A stretch of DNA of 64,000 nt from Ophelia neglecta (GCA_965285935.1 OZ260661.1:124496001-124560000), one strand, 5' to 3'; shown: positions 39,901 to 52,504, numbered from the stretch's first letter. A program made the numbers and translations. The notes: generated from the sequence alone by a model not told the origin.

Positions 39901-41757
39901 TACACCATTGTATATGAGTAGTGTAGCAGACATTGATCACAGTGTTAGGTCTGCTGCTGACATTATTATGAGGATTCTATCGACTTTGCTGTCAGTGCCT
40001 CCTGTGTATTCCCCAGTATTTACTACATGTTTTCCTTTGATAACTGTGTTGTGTATTGGCCTTGGTGGGGTTAGATGTGTTAAGAAACGAGTTGATCTCA
40101 TCTGCAGAAGACCATACAGGAGAGATCACGTACCACAGACTGTATACATAATGTAGTGGATGTAAATGTCATATGGACACCACACATATTACAAGGATGG
40201 CTTCATGCAAGGTGTATTCTTAAATAAATATCACTGAATACTATTAAGCAGACATAGCCTGAGCAAGGGACCTGTCTGTACTTGTCACATTAAATGGTGT
40301 GAAGTATAAAAAACAAACTCCTTTATGAATTAACTGGTAGAGATCCTGCCTGCTGTGTTTAAGGATGTGGTCTATTTAACTGACATGAATTACCTTTGTA
40401 TAAATTAATAACGTTTTTTACTGTAGACTACATACCACAACAACATACTTTATTACCCACTGAGCACTCAGTCTGAACCCTTTTTTATGTATGTATTATA
40501 TCTATTAAGTAATTGAAGGTTTTTATTTCAATGAAAGACAAGATATATACTGTCTTGTCATGCCTATGTACACAGGCCTTGTCTGGAGGACTGTAAATGT
40601 CTCCTCCTTAGTCCCCAGGGTGTGGGCATGCCCCCTCCCCCTCTCTCCCCCTGTGTGGGTGGTCAGAGTAGAAGTCCAGGGGTTGTAGATATTCACATCC
40701 CTTGCCCACCCTGCCCTGGGCACAGTCTTAGCATGCACATCTCTGAGGTGTCTGTGCCATCTCTCAGGGGATGTTTGTGTGGTCTGCTGCACAAACATGT
40801 CTCCTAGCTGTTGTCCAGGTGTGAGGATGAGACACAACCAACCCTGCCACCATTAAAGGGTCCAGCTAGCCGTCTGGACACGGAACCCATGTTGGCCACT
40901 AGCCTGAAAACAGCTGTCAGTGAACATTGTTACATGGACTCACTGAATGATTAGTGTCTGATGAGATTGTTTTAATTCCTGTTTCTTTTTTGTAGGCCAG
41001 TGTACTATTTTGATTTGCTAGCTATATATTGATAGAAGAAACAGGAAACACACAATCAAAATGTAACTTTCTGGAAAATAAAACACTAAAAATACCTGTC
41101 CTGGCCCATGCAAGACATTCCAGGAACATTAAAATACATCAGTACATGTAGAACGTTAATGAAAAGAGTTTGAACTTTGGAGTCACCGTTCTGTATTTTT
41201 ATTTGATGGGCTTATGAACTTTCATACTTGATGTATAATATGAATTGGTAATCTAGCAATGGGTAAGAAAGTGGTAAATACCCTGAAACCTGCATTGGAT
41301 CAGAAAAGGGCCTTGGAAATGGTATGGAAGTGATAATCTTGAGGTATACATGTACTTGTCATCAGGGTTGGGCTGGGTGACTGACCCCGGCCATGATAAC
41401 TGAGACATGCCAGCTGTAATCACTGGGTCCACATGTTACCACTGCAGACAGCACAGTGAGCTGGCTGGCTCTCTGGTGCTGTCACCTGGTGAATGGATTA
41501 GAACTAAAATGTTGCAGAGGCCGATTGGTTGGATGGATTCAAGACTTATTTATTTATCATGTGTATTCACCATGTTGACAGTATAGAACTATACCACTGT
41601 GATCTCTTGATCTCAGTGGTGCACAACACTGAATAATTTTATCAAGTTTACATTCTTAATGTGAATTTGAAAAGAAAGCAATCTTGTCCTTCAATTTACG
41701 ATTTGACAGTGGATCACATTTACCTGCTTCAACCTGAAAAGCCCTGTGTATAGGCTA

Positions 41758-41883
41758 GTGTGTGTGTGTGTGTGTGGGGGGGGGGCTGTGAGCAGAGCCC
41801 GTGTTAATACCTCTATGTAAAGGGTAATGTAGGGGGCTGTGAGCAGAGCCCGTGTTAATACCTCTATGTAAAGGGTAGTGTAG
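41758..41883. repeat. (TG)n plus G-run followed by a 51-bp tandem duplication
   Basis: GGCTGTGAGCAGAGCCCGTGTTAATACCTCTATGTAAAGGGTA at 41784 and 41835. Confidence 0.9.
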
Positions 41884-41896
41884 AGGTCTATGAGTA

Positions 41897-42465
41897 CCGT
41901 AAAGCCCGCAATTGAGAACGCGAAAAAAACCATTTTCAGATCGTTTAGAGACCAAATATTGGTCTGAAAGTTAGGGTTGCGTCTTGTATTAGATATATTT
42001 AGTGGAAATTTTCACCAGCAAGTCGCCAATCACCGTTTTTAGGGCCAGCTGGTGTCGCCACCTACTGAATGACTTGGATAGGTGGTCAATGCCCTACTTT
42101 ACCCAAAGCAATAGCAATAACGTTCACAGTTTTAAATATGACTTAGATACGATATCCCCACAATCTGGGTTGGCTTGGTTGGTTGATTGCATTTAACCTA
42201 CATAGGCAGGGAAAAACGTGTTCAGACTTGTCTATTGAGAATGTTTATAGCAGATATTCACTCGCACCGTGCGTATTGTTGTTACCGCCGCGCTTGACAC
42301 AGTTGCACTGCCTGGCAAAATGCACCGGTGCCGGCCAGAATGAATGTGTGTCTTTAATTCAGGGCTTTTACAGAAATTTTCGGGTGGGAGAAAATGGTCC
42401 AAAATATCACAAAACAAGCTATGCGTCTTCTAATAGGGAGAAGTCTTCAATTGCAGGCTTCACGG
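41897..42465. mobile_element. Non-autonomous Tc1/mariner-superfamily element (Tc2/pogo-like MITE, 569 bp)
   Basis: TIR CCGTAAAGCCCGCAATTGA / TCAATTGCAGGCTTCACGG (17/19), flanked by TA on both sides (41895-96, 42466-67). Subterminal TGCGTCTT-TA-TAG motif near both ends. CpG-rich relative to flanks. Confidence 0.85.
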
Positions 42466-42946
42466 TAGATCCCATGTTATTTCTCATGTTAATCTTGTAG
42501 CCATGGTTGTTTGCGTGTATCAGCCTCCTGTAGCCTGCCCTGCCCGTGTTCTGTTATTACCTCTGACAGGCTATCTATACTCAGCTTGATGATGTCATAC
42601 CTGTCTGAGCTGTCTCAGGTAACGCACCTGGTTTGACTGTTATGTTATGTGTCCTGGTCCAAGGATAAGTCACTGGGCAAGTATGAAGGCAAGGAAAAGC
42701 TTATAGCTGGCCACAAAGTGTGAACATTTATCTTCAAGAGAAGTCAATATTTCAGTCTTATTTTTACTACAAGGCCTACTTTTTCTTTTGTTGTTGCTGA
42801 TGCTATATCTTTTTCCTACAGTGAATTCTGAGTTTTCAGTCCCTTGTGTCAGCGGCCTGAGGTTTAACTGTGTTATCTGTACCTCGCCAGATGATGATGT
42901 ACCTGCCTCTATGTCTGAGTTAGTTTATTACCCTGGTATCCTCGGG

Positions 42947-43070
42947 CTGAGTCATCCTCTCACGTATACCTGTATCCGTCTCTGACCCTCTCTCTAACTG
43001 AGTCATCCTCTCAGGTATACCTGTATCCGTTTCTGACCCTCTCTCTAACTGAGTCATCCTCTCAGGTATA
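42947..43070. repeat. 51-bp tandem repeat x~2.4
   Basis: CTGAGTCATCCTCTCA at 42947, 42998, 43049. Confidence 0.88.
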
Positions 43071-44076
43071 TCATCTCTGTCTCTGAGTTAATGTTCTACC
43101 CAGGTACCCTATGTCTAACTGAGTCATGCTCTCTGATATACACAGGGACTCAACTACCATCAGTGATCTCTGACTACCGGTACGCTGATGTACTCTTACA
43201 CAATACATTACTAATATGTAAGATTTCAGATCACGGTAGACACTCATCTCTTGGCTACATCCCAACACTGATAGCACTAATGTAGACAGATATATAGCCT
43301 CGCCTCATATCACATTATGATGATGATTCTATCATTCAGCATGTAGTGGCTCATCATTATCTATCACTCTAAGTGATTGGGAGCTTATTCATTGGCCCTT
43401 GAGCAATCACATAATATATATCAATCAATGGGACATTTACTTATGGATTTCATCATATAATCTCTGAGCTTTCCTCAGTTACATGGATTCCATTTCCACT
43501 TTATCATGGCTATAAGTGTTAGTAATGTATCATTATCTAACAAAAATGAACAGATTCTGATAGACAGTGGCAAGGTATCATAATCATGCCCCACTTGTCT
43601 CTCTCATAAATGTAAAAATACACATTGCATGTTTTTGTGAGACTAAAAGCTGCTTTTAACATTTTGCAAACATTTTGCATACTGGAATGTATAAACCTGC
43701 AACCCAATCTTATGGTGGGCATATCAATTTCATTTTCTTTTAAAAATCAATGTTTAAACACTGGATAACACTTTTGAGTTTTCAATGGGTATCAAGCATG
43801 AAAGAGATTAACTGTAAAAAAACCAGGTATTTGAGCTGTGCGTAGGACTGGGTGTCAGATTTCAGGATGTTATGGTTTATAGCTCACACAAGTGTGGAAC
43901 AAGGGAAGCTCCGGCTCCTCCAAAAGAAACCCTACCCACCACTCTCAGACCCCCCCCCCCCAAGGTACTCCCTTTAATAGAGTTCACTATACCACTACCA
44001 AACCTCACCCCTTTCTTCAGTAAATGGGATCATCTCGTGGGAAGATGTTGGATGTTCCTGTCCCACATCCTCCCCG

Positions 44077-44310
44077 TGGGAAGAACCTCCTCTAAATGCC
44101 TACATCACCCCCCAGCTCAGCCCCTGCATCTTACACCCTGTGTCACTCTCACACATGAGAAGACCACCCACCCAGCATCACTCTCACTCATAAGAAGCCC
44201 CCCCCCCTCTCGTCCTGTGTCACTCTCACACATGGGAAGACCCCCCTCTAAATACCTAGATCATCCCCTAGCTCAGCCCCTGACTCTCACACCCTGTGTC
44301 ACTCTCACAG
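44077..44310. repeat. Diverged local duplication (~75-bp block, ~156-bp spacing)
   Basis: GGGAAGA...CTCTAAAT-CCTA-ATCA-CCCC-AGCTCAGCCCCTG...CACCCTGTGTCACTCTCACA present twice. Confidence 0.7.
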
Positions 44311-44850
44311 CCAGCCTGAACTGTGCTCTTATCTATCATAGAGGATAGGCTACTCATTGTGTGTCAGAGCTACTCAACTCCATTACACATTTTGCCGAGT
44401 TGTCTTAAGTTTTATGGAGAGCCTGGCACTTGCTTGTAACTTCTTAGCTCTTCATGAAGTACACGTGTGCGCAAGGTGATTTGAGAAAAGTGAGGTCTTG
44501 AGTATATTTGAGTAACTCCAAACAAATAAGACAATTGTAAGTCTGAACTATAGGTGGGTAAACATACTCTATGTGTTCATTGAGTAACAACAGTGAAAAG
44601 TGTTATGTTCAGTGGAAAGAATTTGAGAAGAACATCTTAAGTGTCTCGAGGGTGTCTCCAGAGTTCTCCAGATAAAACTGTGGATTCTTCACAGGATTAT
44701 ATCCTCACTACAAGAAAACCTGTTCTGAGTGTTTTGATTGAGATTTTGTATCTAAGATACTGCAGCTGAACAAAGTTCTTCGTGTGAGGTAAGAACAGAA
44801 AAACTTAATTTTCATTTACTCCCTGCTAGGAACTTTTGAGGTATAAGAAC

Positions 44851-47070
44851 AGTGACTCTGTCATTGAGAGGGTGCTGTGTTTGAGGTATAGGTATAGCGA
44901 CTCTGTAGTACAGTGGTCCCTGCGATGTAGGGCCCTTCCAATAAAGGGCCACCTGCGATGGCAGGCCACTTTTTAAATTCCCATGTCCTATCTTTACCAT
45001 GTTATAGTACCTCCGATGAAGGGCCATCTGCAATGAAGGGCCAATTTTCCTTGGATATAGGGGTGGCCCTACCTCGCAGGGACCACTGTATTGTCATTGA
45101 GAGGGTGCTGTGTTTGAGGTATAGGTATAGGGACTCTGTAGTATTGTCATAGTGATGGCGCTGTGTTTGAGGTAAGGTATAGTGACTCTGTAGTATTGTC
45201 ATAGTGATGGCGCTGTGTTTGAGGTTTTGGTTTAGTGACTCTGTAGTATTGTCATTGTGATGGCGCTGTGTTTGAGGTTTTGGTTTAGTGACTCTGTAGT
45301 ATTGTCATTGAGAGGGTGCTGTGTTTGAGGTAAGGTATAGTGACTCTGTAGTATTGTCATTGAGATGGCGCTGTGTTTGAGGTTTTGGTTTAGTGACTCT
45401 GTAGTATTGTCATTGAAATGGCGCTGTGTTTGGGGTTTTGGTTTAGTGACTCTGTAGTATTGTCATTGTGATGGCGCTGTGTTTGAGGTTTTGGTTTAGT
45501 GACTCTGTAGTATTGTCATTGTGATGGGGCTGTGTTTGAGGTTTTGGTTTAGTGACTCTGTAGTATTGTCATTGAGAGGGTGCTGTGTTTGAGGTAAGGT
45601 ATAGTGACTCTGTAGTATTGTCATTGAGATGGCGCTGTGTTTGAGGTTTTGGTTTAGTGACTCTGTAGTATTGTCATTGTGATGGCGCTGTGTTTGAGGT
45701 TTTGGTTTAGTGACTCTGTAGTATTGTCATTGAGAGGGTGCTGTGTTTGAGGTATAGGTATAGTGACTCTGTAGTATTGTCATTGAGATGGCGCTGTGTT
45801 GGAGGTTTTGGTTTAGTGACTCTGTAGTATTGTCATTGTGATGGCGCTGTGTTTGAGGTTTTGGTTTAGTGACTCTGTAGTATTGTCATTGAGATGGCGC
45901 TGTGTTTGAGGTTTTGGTTTAGTGACTCTGTAGTATTGTCATTGTGATGGCGCTGTGTTTGAGGTTTTGGTTTAGTGACTCTGTAGTATTGTAATTGAGA
46001 TGGCGCTGTGTTTGAGGTTTTGGTTTAGTGACTCTGTAGTATTGTCATTGTGATGGGGCTGTGTTTGAGGTTTTGGTTTAGTGACTCTGTAGTATTGTCA
46101 TTGTGATGGCGCTGTGTTTGAGGTTTTGGTTTAGTGACTCTGTAGTATTGTCATTGAGAGGGTGCTGTGTTTGAGGTATAGGTATAGTGACTCTGTAGTA
46201 TTGTCATTGAGATGGCGCTGTGTTTGAGGTTTTGGTTTAGTGACTCTGTAGTATTGTCATTGTGATGGCGCTGTGTTTGAGGTTTTGGTTTAGTGACTCT
46301 GTAGTATTGTCATTGAGATGGCGCTGTGTTTGAGGTTTTGGTTTAGTGACTCTGTAGTATTGTCATTGAGATGGCGCTGTGTTTGAGGTTTTGGTTTAGT
46401 GACTCTGTAGTATTGTCATTGTGATGGCGCTGTGTTTGAGGTTTTGGTTTAGTGACTCTGTAGTATTGTCATTGAGATGGCGCTGTGTTTGAGGTTTTGG
46501 TTTAGTGACTCTGTAGTATTGTCATTGTGATGGCGCTGTGTTTGAGGTTTTGGTTTAGTGACTCTGTAGTATTGTAATTGAGATGGCGCTGTGTTTGAGG
46601 TTTTGGTTTAGTGACTCTGTAGTATTGTCATTGTGATGGGGCTGTGTTTGAGGTTTTGGTTTAGTGACTCTGTAGTATTGTCATTGTGATGGCGCTGTGT
46701 TTGAGGTTTTGGTTTAGTGACTCTGTAGTATTGTCATTGTGATGGCGCTGTGTTTGAGGTTTTGGTTTAGTGACTCCGTAGTATTGTCATTGAGAGGGTG
46801 CTGTGTTTGAGGTAAGGTATATGGACTCTGTAGTATTGTCATTGAGAGGGTGCTGTGTTTGAGGTATAGGTATAGGGACTCTGTAGTATTGTCATTGAGA
46901 GGGTGCTGTGTTTGAGGTATAGGTGTAGTGACTCTGTAATATTGTCATTGGGATGGCGCTGTGTTTGAGGTTTGGTTTAGTGACTCTGTCGTATTGTAAT
47001 TAAGAGGGTGCTGTGTTTGAGCTGTGTTTGAGGTATGGGGATAGTGACTCTGTAATATTGTCATTGTATC
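44851..47070. repeat. 53-bp satellite array, about 38 copies, two unit variants
   Basis: Consensus GACTCTGTAGTATTGTCATTGWGATGGCGCTGTGTTTGAGGTTTTGGTTTAGT; period 53 (e.g. 45184 to 45237). Confidence 0.97.
44911..45088. mobile_element. Tc1/mariner-superfamily MITE (178 bp) inserted in the 53-bp satellite
   Basis: TIR CAGTGGTCCCTGCGATGTAGGGCC vs reverse complement of right end CAGTGGTCCCTGCGAGGTAGGGCC (23/24). TA duplicated at 44909-10 and 45089-90. Neighbouring units show the empty site CTCTGTAG-TA-TTGTCATT. Confidence 0.93.
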
Positions 47071-47620
47071 AGCGCTGTGAATTTGATTTTTTTCTTGTTG
47101 TCTCCCTTTACAGAATGAAGGGTCATTGGCAGATTTACAGGGGGTGGAGGAGTGGGGGAGGGGGGGGGGGTGAAGCAGGTAAGGAATCCCACCCCATGTT
47201 TACTGGTTGGGTGTGGGCTTTTCCTTTCCTAGACCCCTTCTGGGCATCCAATTGAAAGGGGAGCTGCCCCTTAAAGTTAGTGGAGTCTGCTAGAGGAGCA
47301 AGACACCCCAGACACCAGTGTGTCACTAAAGGAAGGAAACAGATTAGAAATAATCAATTTAGAACTTTCAAGGTGACAGTGAAGTTTATACTGATTGATT
47401 AGTTTGTTAACATCACACTCTGATTTATGTTATGTGTATGTTGTTGATTGTCTCAAGCTAGATTTGCACTTCATAGACAATGGGCGGTTACACTAGTGCT
47501 GGTTAGATACCCCCCCTCCCCCTCTCCTCCAAATGCCCCCTCACCCTTGTTGGGGGCATTATTATTGTCACAGATAATGAAGAAGTGCTTTGAAGTGTTT
47601 GCTATCTTGTTTGTTTGTTA

Positions 47621-47774
47621 TTAGAAGTTCACAAGCCAATTGGAGCCTGTGTTAGAAGTTCACAAGCCCATTGGGACCTCTGTGAGAAGTTCACAAGCCC
47701 ATTGGGACCTCTGTGAGAAGTTCACAAGCCCAATGGAGCCTCTGTGAGTTGTTTACAAGCCCAATGGAGCCTCT
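47621..47774. repeat. 31-bp tandem repeat x~5
   Basis: AGAAGTTCACAAGCCCA-like at 47623, 47654, 47685, 47716, degenerate at 47747. Confidence 0.9.
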
Positions 47775-48103
47775 TTCCCTTACATTTGCCCTCCACCATT
47801 TATTAAAGTGAGTACATTGGCACTGTAATGGGAGTGGTGTTTGTCTGAAGAATTGAGTAAATGATTTGTAGACGTGTTGATGTGTTGAGTGTATGTGATC
47901 TGGGATGTGTCCTCCCCAGAGGCAAGTCACACACTAGGGGCCAGGATCACACACTATGACATCTACGGATCACCCCTCCCTGAGGTCTAATGTAACATCA
48001 TACCAATGTGTTATAGATAGACTGGGCAGAGAATTAACTAGTCATCACCAAGTGTGCTGGCCGGTTAGATTGTAACCAACATGGTCATCTCGTATAGGGC
48101 CTG

Positions 48104-48645
48104 GACATAAAAACTATCATCCCATAAGGCACATGAAAAACACCTACGCTATTATCTCAGAAGGCACAAAAAAACACCAATGCTATCATCCCATAAGGCA
48201 CATTCAAACCACCTATGCTATTATCCCATAAGGCACATAAAAACACCAAAACTATTATCCCATAAGGCACATAAAAAACACCAATGCTATCATCCCATAA
48301 GGCACATAAAAACACCAATGCTATCATCCCATAAGGTACATTAAAACCACCTATGCTATTATCCCATAAGGCACATAAAAACACCAAAACTATTATCCCA
48401 TAAGGCACATAAAAAACACCAATGCTATCATCCCATAAGGCACATTAAAACCACCTATGCTATTATCCCATAAGGCACATAAAAACACCAATGCTATCAT
48501 CCCATAAGGTACATTAAAAACAATTATGCTATCATCCCATAAGGCACATTAAAAACACCAAAGATACCATCCCATTAGGCACATTAAAAACACCAAAGAT
48601 ACCATCCCATAAGGCACATTAAAAACACCAAAACTATCATCTTAT
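48104..48645. repeat. 34-35-bp minisatellite, about 15-16 copies
   Basis: TATCATCCCATAAGGCACATAAAAACACCAATGC units (CCCATAAGG at 48121, 48190, 48225, 48259, 48294 ...). Confidence 0.95.
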
Positions 48646-50749
48646 GAGGTATTTAAAGTAGACACTAACAATGATAGAAATTGTATTCAGAATTGGCTTC
48701 CAGTGTCTGGTCTCTAATAGAACAAGCAAACTACAAATCACTAGCATCATTTCCCATATACTTAGAATGCTTAAAGCTCTTAGCTCTTTCAGGTAGACAG
48801 CTTCTCTTGAAATCCTTATACACATTTTGCAAATTTTGTGATAGGTGTAATGCACACATTCTCCAAAGTGCCAAAACCTACCATAATTTTAACAAATGAT
48901 GGTTTGTGAAGTAACAGGCAGCCAAAAAACGCCCTTAATTTTGCAAAAAGTGCAAGTTTCATATTAAGTTTTGTATCAAAATTCAGAGGGTAATTGTTCA
49001 TTTTCCATTCGTATACATGAATGAGAGGTTTTACTAGGAGAATATATGCACAATTAGATTATATCATATCTTGACTTTAACTCAGATTTGTAGTATTTGC
49101 TGTCAACTACTAACACTACCCTAATAGCAGAGATCTGCCAATTGGTACATGTACATGTATGTCTCAAAGCATGGTGATGATAGACTTATTAGGAGAGAGG
49201 AAACCTCATGTGTGTTGAAAAACAAAATCTGATAGGGTAATCTTAGAACATCAATTTATCTTACGCATAACGCTAGTAACTCCTTGGCAAGATGGTATTT
49301 GACATTCGCAGTCTGTTTTTGGAATATTTGTATAATAAAGTAAAAAAATGATGGTGAAGCAGTCAAAACAGAGTGGAATGACATTTTTTATCAGCTCTTT
49401 TAAAATATATTGGACAGAATTAACAGACTTGTTGATTGTACAGCATTGACTCTGCCTGGCTACAGCCAGGAATATATACCTCTTACGACTGGTGGTGCCA
49501 TATGTTTTATTTAAAATTAAAAGTGTATTTCAAGGTCGTACAAGGTTTCTGATAACAAAGATAACACTTGTATGATTGAGATGAGGTCTCTGAGATGTAA
49601 ATAGGTAAACAAATCATCAGCTTTAATGTCACTCACTGTTTTCTTCAATTTTTGTTTTTTCATCAAAGCAAGTACTTCAGTTGATGATTACTCACTTAAA
49701 AAGCCATTCAGAATTGACAGTAAAATATTGGCCCCAGAACATTGCACAGTATACCAGAACTGAAATCGAATAAATCACAACCTATACTATTATTAATAGA
49801 TCTCTGTATAATTAGATAGGCAGGGACTTTTGGCTATGTTCCCCAAGTACAAGACTGTGTCCATAAATATCACAAAGCCTACTTATAACTGGTATTTCAC
49901 ATGCGGAAATCAATGATTCATCATAACTTGGCAGTGATTTTAGGAATTCATGCATGTTTGTACATCTTTCAACATATTCCCCAGGGTGGTTAATCCATTT
50001 CCCGTCTTGTTTTCCCAGCCACTGGATACTCTGTATCCGTGGTATCAAATCTCCACATAGTTTTTGGGTGTTGTCACCAGCACTAACAGTTGGGCTGGGG
50101 GAGTGACACTGTCCTACTAGAGACTCCTGATGTATTCAGTGTCTTTAAGTCCTTGGTAACTGTAGCTAACTAGGGTGGCTGAGTTTTCATTCATTCATAA
50201 ACCAGTGAACAAATACTGAGGAATGCTGGGACATGCCTGTTTAAGGAGGAGATTTGCTACAAGACTTTAAAGGACACATTTCAATTTTTGTATAAATATG
50301 TGCTAATTGTTTATAGCACATAAAGTGCAGTATTGTTTTTTAACAGGAATGAACCACTTATGAATCTAACAAACTAACATCTGGCTGATAAAATGTTTTA
50401 GTGTTCTCCCTGACTATGAATAGTTGTCATTGAAAGTTGCTCCTTTGTGGTTACTTTTTATGGCTAGAAATTTAAATTTTAAGGGAATGAAAGCCAGTAA
50501 AAACTATTGTGTTTAGAAGTGAGAAGGAGTCCTTGTTGGAGTTTCATGGGAAAAATCCACCAACTCTCCAACTCTCACCAGTGTAGCATTTATCATGCTG
50601 TGACCCAAAAGGGGGCGACTCAATATTGGCACAGCTTGGTTTGAATTATCCTAATTATTTGGAAAAGCAATGCTGGTAACTGCATAACCTAAGAGCTACT
50701 GTGTCAAATCATATGTATCCACTTATAAGTGTAACTAGACTATGAAAAC

Positions 50750-51075
50750 GTGCCTCGAGTGGAGCAAGCTGGCATGGTCATTAACGAAAGATACTGGGCG
50801 AATAAAAAAAGCAATGAATACTGAGGTTAAGCTGTTATTTTAAGGTTTTTCTAAGGTTTATCGGTTGGTTTACTGTCATGAGATTGTATTCAGGCCTGCC
50901 TAGAGCCGCGGCCCCATCTTAACCACCACTGATGACTGACACCACCAGGTTCTATCACAGAGCACAGACCAGACCCCGGTGTACTGGTATGTCAAAGGAA
51001 ACGTAGGAAACCTCGGGCTATGAGGTCACCGCACCCCATGTGATATAAGACAGGGAACTGGCGATTATCACAGGA
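50750..51075 (+). promoter_or_regulatory. Candidate promoter for leader exon A
   Basis: CpG-retaining patch, TATA-like TATAAGA at 51044-51050, Inr-like TCAC at ~51068, about 1.3 kb upstream of the exon carrying the start codon. Confidence 0.4.
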
Positions 51076-51295
51076 GCTATAACTAACTCACAGAACTGTC
51101 CGCCTCACTCCCACGTCTTCATCACTACCAATATTGTACAGAAGTCCTGTGTGATGGCTTCATAACAGATTTATATCTGGTACAGTTTAGATGAGCTGTA
51201 AGTCACACTGAGGATTAGTCCCTTTGTTAGTGGTTGATTATTCCTTTGTTGAGTTACTATTTGGATAACTCACACATTTGACTGTATTTTTCCAG
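51070..51295 (+). other. Candidate non-coding first exon (donor at 51198 GTAAGT or 51296 GTAAAG)
   Basis: Follows the TATA-like element; two possible donors; next strong acceptor at 52305-52306. Confidence 0.4.
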
Positions 51296-52052
51296 GTAAA
51301 GTACTTGATTGTTTGAATTGACTAGATCGTTCTGTACTTTTTATAACATTGTATTATATCTTGATTACCTTATTAATAGCTTAAACTCATTGAGTGCTGT
51401 GGTTAATATAGACATGCTGAACAGAGGAACATATTGACAATACCAGCTAGGAAGTGGGTAAAGGCTTACTGGTTTGCTCAAGTATTGGATTTTGAGAGTG
51501 ATTGAATTTACAGGATTATTACACATGGATTTTGATACATATTAATGAGGAGTGGGGGGGAGGGGGGGGGGGGGAGGCAGAGATAACTTCAACTTTTAAT
51601 ATACATGTAAACTGCACCCATACAAATAGAGCTCCAAGTCTCCTGACTCAATCCTCCTACAGTATGAGGTGTATCTGACTATGAGGGTTTAGGGAGTGAG
51701 GGCTAGGGACCCCTAGGGACACTTACTGTCATGGTCTGGCCTTATTACCTTCACAAGTCAACTACACAGACTTGTTTAGGATTATCAATGAAACCAATAG
51801 CATTATATATTTATCCCAACTACCCAGCTGATAATTTACTACAACATCCGACTACTTACAATCTGTTTGATGTTTGGCCCAGTGCCTGTTATATGGGAAG
51901 GACAGCCTGTACGATGGGGCATTTATGCGTAGTAATTGTTAGTTTTATTATAAATAATGTTATATGGAGGTTAATGTTGTACAATTACTCTTTGTACTTA
52001 GTTGTTCTAGCCATAAAGTTATTTTATTTCCCATAATAGGATAAATTTTTGC

Positions 52053-52117
52053 TATATATATATATGATTATATGTATATGTGTATATATGTATATATATA
52101 TATATATATGTATATAT
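52053..52117. repeat. (TA)n/(TATG)n microsatellite
   Basis: Direct observation. Confidence 0.9.
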
Positions 52118-52419
52118 GCAGAAAAATATGAGTCGGTTAATGTTTTTATGTATCATTTATATGAAAATAGAGAATACAGAAATCAATATTATTTATTTAT
52201 AGCCTTGAGTATTGATTCTATTGTTTTGTAACTTATTATAACTGGATATTATCAGAATTATGGGGAATTTTCATCAAGTTTTTAATGTATCCTTGTTGTT
52301 TTTCAGGAACATGAGAGAGTAGTTCTGCTATGCTTCACACATAACCTGGACACACATCGTCAGGACTGTACACTCTGTTAGACTTCTAGTATATTTAGCC
52401 TTAAATTGTGAGATTCAAA

Positions 52420-52504
52420 ATGGATTTCCATTGGAAATACACACTAGTATTTGTGGTAATATGTATATTGGCATCATGTTTAGATGCTCAAGAAAAAAAG
52501 AAAG
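52420..52504 (+). CDS. First coding exon (leader A) of a secreted or membrane protein: MDFHWKYTLVFVVICILASCLDA-QEKKK, phase-1 donor; exon probably 52307-52504
   Basis: Acceptor ccttgttgtttttcAG at 52306, start context caaaATGG, basic n-region, hydrophobic h-region, small-residue cleavage site (LDA|Q), donor AAAG|GTAGGT at 52505. Confidence 0.75.

Noticed and set aside
42890-42950. Box C/D snoRNA-like ATGATGA ... CTGA
   Set aside because: No terminal stem and no rRNA-complementary guide that I can recognise; the CTGA belongs to the adjacent 51-bp repeat
44851-47070. 53-bp array as a CRISPR array
   Set aside because: Head-to-tail near-identical units without spacers; eukaryotic context
48157-48408. 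Hydrophobic repetitive ORF resembling a membrane protein
   Set aside because: Translation of the 34-35-bp minisatellite
49812-50048. Minus-strand open frames here and at 54222-54413 and 4901-5083
   Set aside because: No recognisable homology or coherent exon chain; could be old transposon debris but cannot be supported without a search
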